Shown here: in pieces, positions 51,691-64,000 of the stretch
Layout of the letters: each line of letters begins with the position of its first letter
Position numbering within the stretch: the stretch's first letter is position 1
Origin: Mobula hypostoma
Taxonomy: Eukaryota
Assembly (NCBI RefSeq): GCF_963921235.1
Contig: NC_086108.1
Span: forward strand, 67,148,001 to 67,212,000
Length of the DNA: 64,000 bases
Direction of reading: 5' to 3'
Notes under the pieces: generated by a model
Told to the model about the DNA's origin: nothing
Database searches by the model: none
Seen by the model: the letters and a program-made list of their open reading frames with translations, nothing else
Program-made: the position numbers and the translations under genes

Positions 51691-52329
51691 AACAGCATAT
51701 CTTAAATGAGTGAACACAATTAATTTAAAACCGACATGTGTAGGAATCTCCTCTCGATGAAGGTGACAAATCTTTGGAATTCTCTACCCTGGAAAGTTGT
51801 GGCGACTAGAGCACTGAAGATATTTAAAGGGGAGGTAAATAAATATTGATAGATCAGTTCAAGTTATGTTGAATTTGTGGAGAAGAGGTGTTGAGGCATG
51901 GACACGTCAAACTCAATGCATGGCAGTGTTCAGGGGCTGAGTAGCCGACACATGTTCCCATTGTGTCCTTGTATCTTTATCACAGTCCGTTGACCGGAAT
52001 ATTTGCAAGACGTTTTGCCAAATTAGATCATATTAACTGGGTAGCTATTTGCATGTTGCTTTTTCTCTTTGAGTTTTTGAATTTTCTAAAGGAGGGACAT
52101 AATATATGTGCCATATATAACCTAAAGTTACAGAGCCATGCAGCATGGAAAATAGGCGGCTTGGCCCAACTCATCAATACTGATCAAGCTGCCTAACTGA
52201 GCTGCCCCATTTGCCTGTGTTTGGCCCACATCTCACAAAGCCTTTCCTGTCTCTTAACTGTTGTAATTGTAGCTGCTTCTCCCACTGCCTCTGGCAGCTT
52301 GTCCCACATACTACTTATGGACAATAATT

Positions 52330-52810
52330 GTTTCTTCAAGGCAATCGTGCCCTTAGGAGTTGTGCCATGTGAATCACTTCTCGCTGAAATGTAATAATGT
52401 GTGTTTAGAAAGCTCCAGAAGCAGTTGATATGGAGAAAAGTGATAGGAAGAATGCTGCTGACCATTATAAGTTTTTTTTTCATTATTCTTCCTCTTTTTG
52501 GGATTAAGGGCTACTTGCTTCCACTCCAGTTTTATTGGGTCTGAGGTGGCTGAAGAAAATGACATGGGACTGCCAAAAATAACATTAATTTGCGAGTGGA
52601 GGTAGGAGGTAGGAGGGTGAGTAGATGGTGAGATGATGAACTCATTTGACTGTTGACTGCTTACCAGGATCTCCCTGTGCTCTAAAAGCATGGACCCAAA
52701 GTTCTTATCAGCATCCCAACTATTTCCTCTCCATTTAAGCACTCAGAGGCGAGAGGTATCCAAGAATCGGGGGTGGGGGGGGGGAATGTTGTATTTATTC
52801 AATGAGGTTT
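52330..52810 (-). mobile_element. Old RTE LINE 3' fragment
   Basis: Antisense ORF LKWRGNSWDADKNFGS resembles the RTE C-terminus; degraded. Confidence 0.4.
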
Positions 52811-55579
52811 TGTACAAATCATTTCCACTGTCCACTTAATACTCCTTCATTAATGAAGTATTTTTGTTGGTAGCTACCATTATCAGCTTCCAGTAAGTTA
52901 GAAAGATGCAGACATTTCAAACATTTCCTCACCATGAAGTACAATCCTCTGAGTGAGACATGACGATTATTAGCCACAGAACCACATCTTAATATAATTT
53001 ACTACTGTTAAAGAAAGAAAGTTAATGAGCGGGAGAAATTTTATTTAAAATAACTCCAGTGAATTATGGAGTGGTTTTTCTTTAATATCACCACTGGGTT
53101 TGTATTTCTCTTCATTTGACTCTGTCTCTGTAGTCACCTTTTAAAATTGAGGTCATCACCAAATATCCATCAGGTATAATGACAGCAGTCAACTCAGATT
53201 TCCAGAGTCAAATGTTCATTTGGTCTAACATTTCAGACATAATGGCTTAACTTATTTAACATCAAGGTAAAAAAATGACTGGTTCCTTTGGCCACTGTGT
53301 CAGTCATGAGCTGTCAAATGAAAACTTAAACTGAAGGAAGTTCTCAGGTAAATATTGCATCTTGGTTTAGCGTGGGTCAAATAACCGACCACTTGACAAA
53401 AATGTATTATTCTTCATTATGCTTTAGCATTGAGTGTTTTGAAAGTACAGTGTTCATTTAGTCAAGTTGTGATTTTTTTTTTGGAGCCGCTAGCAAAGTC
53501 GAGAAATAAGAGTTGTATTATTGTACCAAGTAGCGGAAATATGACAACTTCTATGACTTACATTAGATACCCACCCCTAGACTTTGTATAATTTACCACT
53601 GATGTCAAAGATTGTACTTCTCGCAAGTAGCAAGTTGTCCATTCAATCATTGGTCAATATAGTCTTTAAATTGTATTCTTCCACACTGACGCGATTTAAC
53701 GAGGAAAAACAACTTTGATTTCACCTCAAGCTATTATTGTTTGAGCAGAAATAAGCCAATCAAAAAGTGGAAATGCTGCATTACATCAATATACTCTCCT
53801 GTATAATTTTGAACTGTGACTTCTTCTGTAAAATTAACACGGGGAAATGAGCTGCATAATTTGTATATACCCATTCAATACAGTACTTAAACTTCTACCT
53901 TATCTAAACACACCGAGCCTGCTGGTTTTGATCTGATGCCTAGTCTCAGATATAAAAAGTTGACTTGTTTTGCAAAAGTCTAACAATTTTTGTGCCAATT
54001 CCTGGCAGAAGTATTTAATTTTGTTGGCATTTGAACTGAAATGGCATTATATTCATACTGAGATCAACATATGTTACAGAATCCAAAGAACAAGATGTAA
54101 TTTATTCTTACTAATGTTGACCAGGGCCTGTTCAAACACAATTTCAATCGACCCCTTGCTGATACTTGTTTTGTTGGAATTATTTCAATTTTTTTAAAAC
54201 ACTATTTGCTGGAGAAAAGTGCAACCCTTCAATTTTGTTGAGATTGGAGACGATACGTCAATTCAGAAAAGTAGTTCTGTGTTAGTTTCCAAATGTGCTC
54301 TAGTTAGACTGGTGCAGAATATTGACAACGTAAGAACCTCTGAAAGAAGTCTCCACAACAGGACTGTATTATTGTGTTTTATTTCAATCTCTCTCCAAAG
54401 TAAAAATTGATGGTATACAACAATTACAGAGCAAGACTGTTACTGAAAGAGAAAAGTAGAGAAGTGGCTTCAGGGGAATGTGGTTTTGAAGGTGAGTGGA
54501 CAATAGAGTGTTGGTGAAGACTGGACAGATTTTACTGAATATTTCTTTAACTTCTCATGCTTCCTCAGTGTTTTGCAATTACAATCACCTATTATTTCAT
54601 CACGGTAAAATATCATCTTGTGCATAATCAATCACAAATCCGTAATATAAGATGTATCTTGGAGGACAAGGTGAGAGACTCATTTGGCCTTCAGACTGTT
54701 CTAAAAAACAAGAATTGTCATGTTGTTATCCATGCTACAGTGGCCTTTCTTCCTGTTCGTAGAGACACTTCTGTGAGGAATTTGTGAGTAAGACAGACAA
54801 CAAAAACCACAGACAAATGATGAGAATAAAAATACAGAAACAGCAAAGGGCAAGTGCCAAGGAGGGACATTCTTCTGCTGAATAATATAACAATCCAGAT
54901 CCCAAGAGTCTGAACTTCAAAAGTGTTATGATCAAAAAAACTTTGCTCTTGGTTTTTGTACCTGTGTTTCAGATAATGGAGGACAATCTTATCTACAGAA
55001 TGTTTCTACTCATTGGAAGCTGTGATGGCATTGCAAAGTACAAAGAGGAGCTTTGTTGATTTTGGACTAGCAATCTGCTGTGTTCAATGGATATATTAAA
55101 CAACGCACTTTTACGTGGCTCCTCTGACCTAATTGTGACAACTTACTCTATGCAAACACCAAGCAACATCAACTCAGAATAATTACTCAATAAATTATAA
55201 GCCATGGCGGTAGACAATTTTGTAGAATACGGGTTATGTTATGTTATGCATATCCTAAAGGTACAGAAAACATCCTGGGGTGTGGGATGGTGGAGGCTGC
55301 AAGCGAAGTAATGGATTAGTGGTTTGGGAAGGTTATGAATATTTATAGTGGTGGGAATGATGTTGATGTGCACAGGATGGCAATAGTAAATAAAATAAAC
55401 AGATCCAATCCCTGTGGGAGGATGTCTGGGTGGGTGAAATTTGCACAAATGTTCAACAGAAAGTTCGGCAGATGACAGAGGCGGAAATGAATTCTGGAAA
55501 ACTGTCAATAAATTGGAATGGGAAGGCAGATGATAATCTGTGTTTAATTGGTTAAAATATAAAATATATGCGGACAGCT

Positions 55580-55835
55580 GGTGAGACTGGAAGGGAGTAT
55601 CAGAAGGGAATATGTGGAACTTAAGTTCTTTACACAGAGCATGGTGGGTGTGTAGAACACCCTGCCAGAGGCAGATACATTGGAGCATTTATGAAACTCC
55701 TAATAAAAAAACACAGATGATTAAAAAATGGTTACGTAAGAGGGAAAGTTTGGATTGCTCTTAGAGCAGGTTAAAATGTCAGCATAACATCATGGGGCAA
55801 AGAGCCTGTACTGTGCTGTAATGTTCGATGTTCTA
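55580..55835 (+). mobile_element. CR1 3' end
   Basis: TTCTTTACACAGAGCATGGTGGGTGTGTAGAACACCCTGCC...GCCTGTACTGTGCTGTAATGTTCGATGTTCTA. Confidence 0.7.
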
Positions 55836-56296
55836 CAATCTATCCTGGAGTGGCTAGGATCTGTAACTCACTACTAAGACTAGTGGTGGAAACAGATTCA
55901 ATTGTTCTATTTAAAAGGGACAACTTCTGCATAAAAATGGTTACTACAAGCTCATTTTTTTTAGGGAAATACTTTAAGAAGAGTTGAGTGAAAAAGAGAC
56001 AAAAGTTCTGACTTATCCCCAAGAGACAGAAAGAAACAGGGAGCAGAAAATTTAGTCTCAGTAATGTTGTATCCATTCTCAGGAACAGCTGACTGCAGCT
56101 CTCATCATCTCTGACACAGTGGCAGCGATTACTTGGCATTGGAAAGGAAGGGAACAGAGCCGAGTGATTAAGCCGGTTTATCTGTGCTTGGCTAGCTTCT
56201 AGTTAATGTTGCGAGAAACAGCTAAGTGTTTGAGAGGTATGCAAGTGATGCTTTTGCAGCAAATTTGAGGGAACAGTCTCATTTGTTCACTAAAGC

Positions 56297-56475
56297 TACA
56301 CACGCAGAATGCTGGAGGAACTCAGCAAGCCAGGCAGCATCTAATGAAATGAGTAAACAGTCGATGTTTCAGACCAAGACTCTGCATCAGGACCTTCCAT
56401 AGATACTGCCTGACCTCCAGCATTTTTTGCATGTTGCTTTGGATTTCCAACGTCTGCAGATTTTCTCATGTTTGT
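56297..56475. mobile_element. Inverted pair of Penelope pLTR fragments with a decayed hammerhead motif
   Basis: Minus arm to about 56393 (CCTGATGCAGAGTCTTGGTCTGAAACATCGACTG), then plus arm TTCCATAGATACTGCC... Confidence 0.75.
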
Positions 56476-57361
56476 CATTTGTTTACTATTTCAGAATGGT
56501 TGAGATTTCAATGGAGAACTCAAGCTAAAGCTTCAAAGCTAGAAAGATAACAGATTGAACCTCAACTGTGTATGTCATCAAAGCCATTGAAATCTATTAC
56601 ATTGTGATTAGTAAACAACGGACCAGGCTGAAAAATTTAATTAGCTTTCATTGTGTTATTTCTGGTCCATTTGAGTTTCATTGATTGAGGCCAATCAGGT
56701 GTAACTTAAAAACCTCCCCGTCAATAAAATAAAATGTCCAATTGCATGCCATTTTAGCATTGATTAAATACTCCATCATTCTGGGAGATAATTTAGAACA
56801 ACAAACAGTATAACACTTTGGAAGTCCTATTTATAGGTTAAAAAATTGAAGTATACAGTACAAAAAGTGACCATTTTGGCCTATTATATTTATGACTGTC
56901 CTTTGGTGGAGTTATTCAAAACTAATCCCTTGATTCTGATCTTTTCCTGAAATATTCATGTTCTTACATGGCAACAGTGCAGCAGTCAATTGCTGGTTGT
57001 GAAGTGCTTTCAGACAGCCCAAGTACGTGAAAGCTGCAGGGCAAATCCTTTTTCTTTTTTATTTATTCTTTCTCCACAGCTGCCAATGATTTCTGCTTCA
57101 AATATTCCCTTTGGCAAAGCATTTTATTCCCCAACAATATTAATTGTAAATACATTTCTCCTCAGATTCCTTCTGAATCTCATATCTTCAATTTTATTTT
57201 TTTTATATAGTTGTAGGTTTCTTTTAATATAGAAATTTGAAGCCTTATTGACAGAAAATAGTACTACCAGACCAAAGCGTGATGAGCCAGGAGAAAGATC
57301 TCATCCTCAGGTTTGCATTTCTTCAGGACCTTGTGAAGTCCTAACAGAGGAGAGGATGTAA

Positions 57362-57965
57362 AGAGGTTCAAAGTTCAAAATAAATTTATCTTCAAAGTAC
57401 ATGTATGTCACCTTTCATTTTCTTGCATGAATTCACATTAGATCAGAATCAATGAAGAATACACACCAACAATGACCAACAAAGAGCCATTGTGCAAAAA
57501 GAATACAAATTAATAAATATCTAATAAAAATAAACTGAGAATGTGAGTTGCAGAGCCCTTGAAAGTGAGTCCCTAGTTTGTGGAATCGGTTCAGAGTTGA
57601 GTTGAGTGAAGTTACCCACACTGGTTCAGGAGCATGATGGCTGTAGGGTAATAACTGTGGCTGAACCTTCCGGTGTGGAACCTAAGGCTTCAATATGTCT
57701 TTCTATACCTGATGGCAGCAGCAAGAAGAGAGCATAACCTGGTTGTGGAGGTCCTTGATGAATGCATGCTGATTTCTTGTGGCAGTGCTCTTTGTTTATG
57801 TGCTCAATGATGGGATCTGCTTTGTCTGTGATGGACTGGGCTGTGTCCACTACTTTTTGTATGCTTTCCCATTCTTGGGCATTGGTGGTTCCATAGCGGG
57901 CCATAATGCAACCAATGAGGGTACTCTCCACCTTGCATCTATAGAAGTTTGTCCAAGTTTAAGAT
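57362..57965 (-). mobile_element. Rex-type LINE 3' fragment
   Basis: ESTLIGCIMARYG...QKVVDTAQSIT...LFLLLPSG; GTTCAAAGTTCAAAA tail. Confidence 0.8.
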
Positions 57966-58262
57966 GATGTACAGTCATCAGGTAGTGGTATTTAAAAAGT
58001 AAGTGTAATTGCTGAGGGACAGGCATGGAAAGAGAGGAGCTAAGAGAGCCAAATTTTTTTTTAGGGGGGTGAGGGAATGGGTGAGAGAGAATTAGATTGT
58101 ATCACAGTAGAAGGTTGCAGAGTTATGGAGAAGCAATGTCATGTAGGGATATAAACCCGAAGCTGAGCACTTTGCCTGAACTGTTGCCCATGAGTGAGTG
58201 CAGATATGCTGAAAATCTACATTCATTGGCAAGTGCATTGTATCCATTTATCGGAATGGTTA

Positions 58263-59619
58263 CACTGGACAACAATTTTTTTCAAAAGTTTTGCTTCCTC
58301 AGAATTTTTTTTTGTTTATGATAGACTGCTTGAAGAAGAACACAAATATAATTTCAGACTACTTGTATCACGTAAGAATTTGGAGAAACAACAAATTAAC
58401 TTCTATTGAATATAATGTGTTCAATTGCATAATGGTGCTGATGCTTTGCAATAGTTCAATTAAGTTAAAAAAATTTTGTTAATGATTTTCATTTGTAATC
58501 AGTGTCTGACGCTTCTTGCTTAAGTGTCCAACAATAATTCACCAGCATTGATGGATTCCAGTTGCCTTGCTATCTTCTCTCCATAACCGCAAAGTCCTGG
58601 TGAAACCTTTCACCATGCTCGTCACTAACAGCACCAAGATTTGCAGGGAAGAAGTTTAAATGGGAATGCAGAAAATGAATCTTTGGTGACGTTGTATTTC
58701 ATGGTTTTATATGCTTGAAGCATGCTTTCAACCAGCTGCATGTAGTTTGGTGCTCTGTAGATGCCGAGAAAAATTTCAGCAACTTCCTAGAATGCCTTCC
58801 ATGTGATTTTCTCTGGTCCCACTAGAAATTCTTCAAATTGCCTGTCATTGGTGACCTGTTTGATTTGCGGACCAACAAAAATGCATTCCTTAATCTTGGC
58901 ATCAGTTATTCTGGGAAGCATCTGTCTCAAATATCAAAATCCTTCATAGAAATTTTTATAATCACAAAATACTCTGCAGATGCTGGGCTCAAAGCAACAC
59001 GCACAACACGCTGGAGGAACTCAGCAGGTCGGGCAGCATCCGTGGAAACGAACAGTCAACGTTTCGGGCCGAGACCCTTTGTCAGGAAACAACCCACTGT
59101 TCGTTTCCACGGATGCTGCCTGACTTGCTGAGTTCCTCCAGCGTGTTGTGCGTGTTGCTTTGACCCCAGCATCTGCGGAGTATTTTGTGCTTATGATTCG
59201 CTACTCCGCTGCAAAGTCTCTTCGAGGTATGCCTACCCTGAAGAAGTTTAAATCTTCCCTTCGACAGGAGTTCAGTGAGACCCTCTGTAATCTCCGCCTC
59301 TCTCCGATAGAAATTTTTATGCTTGGTGATAGCAAATTCCATCCTTACAGTCCTGAACCCAATAATTATGACTAAAACCTGTCCTGCCATGAAGCAGCCG
59401 TGCTGCCTAAGCATGCCTGGACAAGATAGGAAATTTTTCAGCTTACATTGTAGGCAACATTTTAATTGACTTGAATTATGAATTGAAATAACAAACATAA
59501 GCGATTTTAAAAAATGGTGCGTGATAGGGACATTTCATGGTGATTTTCATGATCAATAGCCCAAAATTCATAAGATACAACTAAAGATATTCAGGAAGCA
59601 AAATCTTTGTTGTCCAGTG
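58263..59619 (-). mobile_element. Chapaev3-type (CMC) DNA transposon, internally deleted
   Basis: Perfect 13-bp TIR CACTGGACAACAA, TTA on both flanks; minus strand gives AKIKECIFVGPQI...IHFLHSHLNFFPANLGAVSDEHGERFHQD...WNPSMLVNYCW. Confidence 0.85.
58960..59306. mobile_element. Young Penelope-like insertion: inverted pLTR, sense pLTR and tail
   Basis: 94-bp inverted arms (58963-59056 and 59096-59189, 4 mismatches); 14-bp TSD ATAGAAATTTTTAT at 58946 and 59307. Confidence 0.88.
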
Positions 59620-59849
59620 TTACTTGGATATTAAATATTAAAGATGGAGAAAAATCAATAATATTGAGCATACTATTAAACATAAAAATAGCACAGAGAT
59701 ATGAAACAGAGCTAAATTGCTGGAAATACATCTATCCTGCTGGCTCAAAGCACTATCACAGATCTCATTCATCTGAAGAATTTTAGACCAAGAGAGCAGA
59801 ACATGCAGCTGGATTCTTAACTAATGCATTAAGAATTCAGTTTGCCTAC

Positions 59850-61570
59850 TGCTGCAATAGGTCTACACCAGATGGAATCTCATCCACTCGGTCTTGGATC
59901 ACCTGGACAACTGCAGTACCTACATCAGATTGCTGTTTATTGACTACAGTTTAATGTTCAACACCGTCATCCCCTCAGTGCTAATCAATAAGCTTCAAAA
60001 CATGGGCCTCTGTACCGCCTTCTTCAACTGGATCCTCAATTTCCTCATCAGGAGACCACAGTCAATGTGATTGGAAATAACATCTCCTCTTCAATGACAA
60101 TCAACACTGGCACACATTAAGGATGCATGCTTAACCCACTGCTCTACTGTCTACGTCCATGACCGTGTAGCTAAGCACAGCGCAAACACCATCCATAGAT
60201 TCACAAACGACACAACTATTGTCAGATGAATCTCAGATTCTGACAAGGAGGCATATAGGGGTGAGATAGGTCACCGGTCGAATGGCGTTGAAACAACAAC
60301 CTTGCATTCAATGTCAGTAAGACAAAGGAATTAACTGTAAAATTCAGGAAGAGGAAGCTGAGGGAACCAGTCCTCATCGAGGGGTGTGGAAAGGGTGAGC
60401 AGTTTCAAGTACCTGGATGCAGCCTATTAATGCAGTTACAAGAAAGGCATGCTGGGGCAGTACTACATTGGGAGATTGAGGAGATTTGATATGTCACCAA
60501 AGACTCTAGCAAATTTCTGTAGATGTAACGTGGAGAGCATTCCATCTGGTTGTATCACCCTCTGATATGGAGTGGCCACTGCAGAGGATCGGAAATGGCT
60601 GCGGAGGGTTTTAAACTCAGGTAGCTCTGTTGTGGGCAATGGCCTTCCTACCATCAAGGACATCTTCAAAAGGTAATGCCTCAAAACAGCAGCAACCATC
60701 ATTAAGACACGCACTCACCTTCTTCTCCCCTCCACCATCAGATTTCTGAATGGACAATGAACCCGTGAACACTATCTCACTATTTTGTTCTCTTTTTGCA
60801 ATACTTATTCAATATCAACTACGCCATAGTTTGGCATCAGAATCAGGTTTATTATGGACTTCCTGTCAGATCGTCGGCAGGTGGTAAGAGTGGGCTCCCT
60901 CACCCCTACCCCTCTGACTCTCAACACAGGAGTCCCTCAGGGCTGTGTACTAAGTCCCATCCTTTACTCCCTGTATAGCCATGTCTGTGTCGCCACCTAC
61001 AGTTCTAATCTGCACTATATTGATTGGTCTAATCTCAAACAATAACAAGGTGACCTACAGGAAGTAGTCATCTTTCTGACACAGTGGTGTCAAGAAAACA
61101 ATCTCTCACTCAATGTCACAAAATCAAAGGAGCTGGTTGTGGATTACAGGAGGAATGGAGACAGGCTAACCCCTATTGACATCAATGGAGCTGGGGTTAA
61201 GAGGGTAAACAGCGTTAAGTCCCTATGCATCCACATCACAGAGGACCTCATGTGGTCTGTACACACCAGCTGTGTGGTGAAAAAGGCACAACAGCACCTC
61301 TTTCACCTCAGATGTTTGAGGAAGTTGGTATGGGCCCACAAATCCTAAGACCTTTCTAAAGGGGCACAATTGAGAGCATCCTGATTGGCTGCATCACTGC
61401 CTGGTATGGGAACTGTACCTCCTTTAATCACAGGATTCTGCAAACAGTGGTGCGGACAGCCCAGAACGTCTGTAGTTGTGAACTTCCCATGATTCAGAAC
61501 ATTTACCAAGACAGCTGTGTATAAAGGGCCGGTAGGATCATTGGAGACCAGCCACCATCCAGGAAACAAA
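59850..61570 (+). mobile_element. Two tandem Rex-type LINE fragments (about 59850-60810 and 60850-61570)
   Basis: LTLNTGVPQGCVLSPILYSLY; VVKKAQQHLFHL; second copy is homologous to 41700-42230. Confidence 0.82.
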
Positions 61571-61699
61571 GTCAATCAATTTTACATATGTCATGAAATT
61601 TGTTGTTTTGTGGCAAAAGTACAGTGTTGAACAGAACAGTACAGCATATTTTAAAAATATTTTTACAGCATATATATTACATCATGACGGATCCAATTT

Positions 61700-63165
61700 T
61701 CCTCTCAGTCCTAATCTTCTGCCTTTTCCTCATATCCATTCATGCCCTGACCAATCAAGAATCTATCAACCTCTGCCTTAAATATACATACAGACTTGGC
61801 CTCAACAGCTGCTTGTGGCAAAGAATTACACAGGTGCACCACTCTCTGGCTAAAGAAATCCCTCCTCATCTCTGGTCTAAAAGAACACCCCTCTATTCTG
61901 AGACAGTATCCTCTGGTCCAGATTCTCGCACCATAGGAATCATCCTCTGCACATTCACTCTATCAAGGCATTTCACCATTCGATGGGTTTCAATGAGATC
62001 ACCCCTCATTCTTCTGAATTCTAGTGAATACAGGCCCACAATTATCAAACACTTTTCAGATGACAAGCCATCCAATCCTGGAATCATTTTTGTGAACCTC
62101 CTTTGACCCTCTTCTGTTTCAGCATATCCTTTCTCAGAGAAGGGGCCCAAAACTGTTCACAATATTCTAAGTAGTGCCTCAGTAGTGCTTTATAAACTCT
62201 CAACATTACGGCCTTGCTTTTATATTCTAGTCCCCTTGTAATGAATGCTAATATTGCATTTGCCTTCTTCACCACAGTCTTTAGGGAGTCCTGCACAAGG
62301 ACTCCCAAGGCCCTTTGCACCTCTCTTTTTTGTATTTTCTCTCCATTAAGAAAATAGTCAATCCTTTCATTTCTTCAACCTAAGTGCATGACCATACACC
62401 TTCCAAAACTGCATTCCATCTGCCACTTCTTTGCCTATTCTCCTTATCTGTTTAAATCTTGCTGTAGCCACTCAACTGCCTCAAAACTACCTGCCCCTCC
62501 ACCTATCTTCATACTGTCTGCAAATTTTGCAACACATCCATCAATTCCATCATCCAAAGCATTAACATATAACGTAAAAAGAATTGATCCCAATGCAGAT
62601 CCCTGTGGAACACCACTAGACACCCCAACAGCTAACCCTTTATTCCCACTCTTCGCCCCCTGCCAATCAGCCAGTGCTTTATCCAGCTAGAATCTTTCCT
62701 GTAATACCACGAGTTTGTAACTTGTTCAGCAGCCTCATGTGTGGCATCTTGCCAAAGTCCTTCTGAAAATCTAGGTACACAACAGCAACTGATTCTCCTT
62801 TGTCTATCCTGCTTGTTATTTCTTCAGAGAATTCCAACAGATTTGTCAGGCAAGATTTTCCCTTGAGGAAACCACGCTGACTATGACCTAATCTATCATG
62901 TGCCCCCAAGTATCCTGAGACCTCATCCTTAATATTCAGGTCCAACATCTTCCCAACCACTGAGGTCAGGCTAACTGGCCTACGGTTTCCTCTCTTCTGC
63001 TTCTTCACCTTCTTGAAGAGTGGAGTGATATTTGTAATTTTCCTGTCTTCCAGAACCATTCCAGAATCCAGCAATTTTTGAAAGGTCATTTCTAATGCCT
63101 CAACAATCTCTTCAGCCACCTCTTTGAGAACCCTGGGGTGTACACCATCTGGGCCAGGTGACAGA
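61700..63165 (-). mobile_element. CR1 LINE RT fragment
   Basis: SPGPDGVHPRVLKE...RPVSLTSVVGK...KSCLTNLLEF...YLDFQK; GLYSLEFRRMRGDLIE. Confidence 0.9.
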
Positions 63166-63612
63166 AGACTATATATATATGGGACTTTTCGCAGTACTGT
63201 ATTTGTCAACGTGGAACAGAGAACAAGTTTATAAATCGGGCAGGAACAACAGATGTTGGAAATGTTGAGTGTGGAGCACTGAGGGACTGATGTAGAACAG
63301 GTGGCAGAAAAGGAGTGACATGTGTGGGGGGTGGCAAATGTGGAGACACACCCAGGCCTTAGACACTAGGCAAGATCATTTGATTCCAAACAATTGCTTT
63401 ATTGATCATTTCAGAATGTGTCTCTGGTGCTTCCTGCTCCCTCCCCTCTCCCTTCCCCTTTGGCCAACCATGATTCACCTCTCCGTGCCCCCCTCCCACT
63501 CTCAGTCCACAATACAGATCCATTTCAGAATCAGGTTTATCATCACTCACCTATGCCATGAAATTTGTTTATCTTTTGTGGCAGCAGTACAGTGCAATAT
63601 ATAAAATTACTA

Positions 63613-63679
63613 CAGTACTGGTCAAAAGTCTTAGGCACCCTAACTATATATATGTGCCTAAGGTTTTTGCACAGCACTG
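63613..63679. mobile_element. 67-bp Tc1/mariner-type MITE
   Basis: 26-bp TIRs CAGTACTGGTCAAAAGTCTTAGGCAC / GTGCCTAAGGTTTTTGCACAGCACTG (21/26), TA on both flanks. Confidence 0.8.
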
Positions 63680-64000
63680 TACAGAAAACTGCAGGCCAAA
63701 AAATGTCTAGTATTTGTAAAGTGGAGATTGCAAGGTGGACAGATTCGAAAAGAGGAAGGGGTTAAAGAAAACGCATTTCACAAATCCCGGACTGCTTTAC
63801 AGTGAAAGCTTATAGACCTGAATGTTTGGTTTATATTAAATAAGATGCAGAATAAAGATCATACTCACAGGGGCCTGTTATTAAGGGACTGAGACAAATT
63901 GAATTGACCATAACAGACTATGATTCCACACTGAACAGCCAAATCCAAAACAGTTTGACACAAAATATGCTAGCTGATGTAGGTAATTGATCTATGAATA

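Noticed and set aside
55239..55688. 149-aa minus-strand ORF as a host gene
   Set aside because: Starts in antisense CR1 sequence, no recognisable domain or splice support
41700..61570. Similarity between 41700-42230 and 60850-61560 as a segmental duplication
   Set aside because: Similarity is confined to LINE sequence with different deletions and flanks, so these are independent insertions
61600..62106. 168-aa ORF and similar ORFs (27475-27972, 6304-6771, 14349-14912, 12267-12587)
   Set aside because: Antisense or alternate-frame shadows of transposon coding sequence
1..64000. CRISPR arrays, rRNA, true tRNA genes, operons
   Set aside because: No regularly spaced repeat-spacer structure or rRNA seen; tRNA-like boxes occur only as decayed SINE heads

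Overview
Eukaryotic, repeat-dominated genomic DNA with no host protein-coding exon that I can recognise, so probably intergenic or deep intronic. The repeat mix (CR1, Rex1/Babar-type LINEs, L2, RTE, Penelope-like elements, V-/Deu-domain SINEs) suggests a cartilaginous fish, probably a ray; this is inference from recalled family motifs, not a database hit. Nearly all listed ORFs are sense or antisense pieces of decayed transposons. Best-supported elements: (1) a near-full-length young Rex1/Babar-type LINE (27210-30463; APE+RT ORF with one in-frame stop and mutated endonuclease catalytic residues); (2) an internally deleted chromovirus-type Gypsy element with both LTRs and a Tf1/sushi-style self-priming signature (5232-7703); (3) a Chapaev3-type DNA transposon with perfect TIRs and TTA TSD (58263-59619); (4) a Charlie/Buster-type hAT (about 45361-47921); (5) an R4/Dong-type fragment sitting in an (AAT)n tract; (6) several Penelope-like terminal repeats carrying minimal hammerhead ribozyme motifs, one in a 94-bp-arm hairpin with a 14-bp TSD. 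I find no convincing new biological system. Boundaries of old repeats are approximate.
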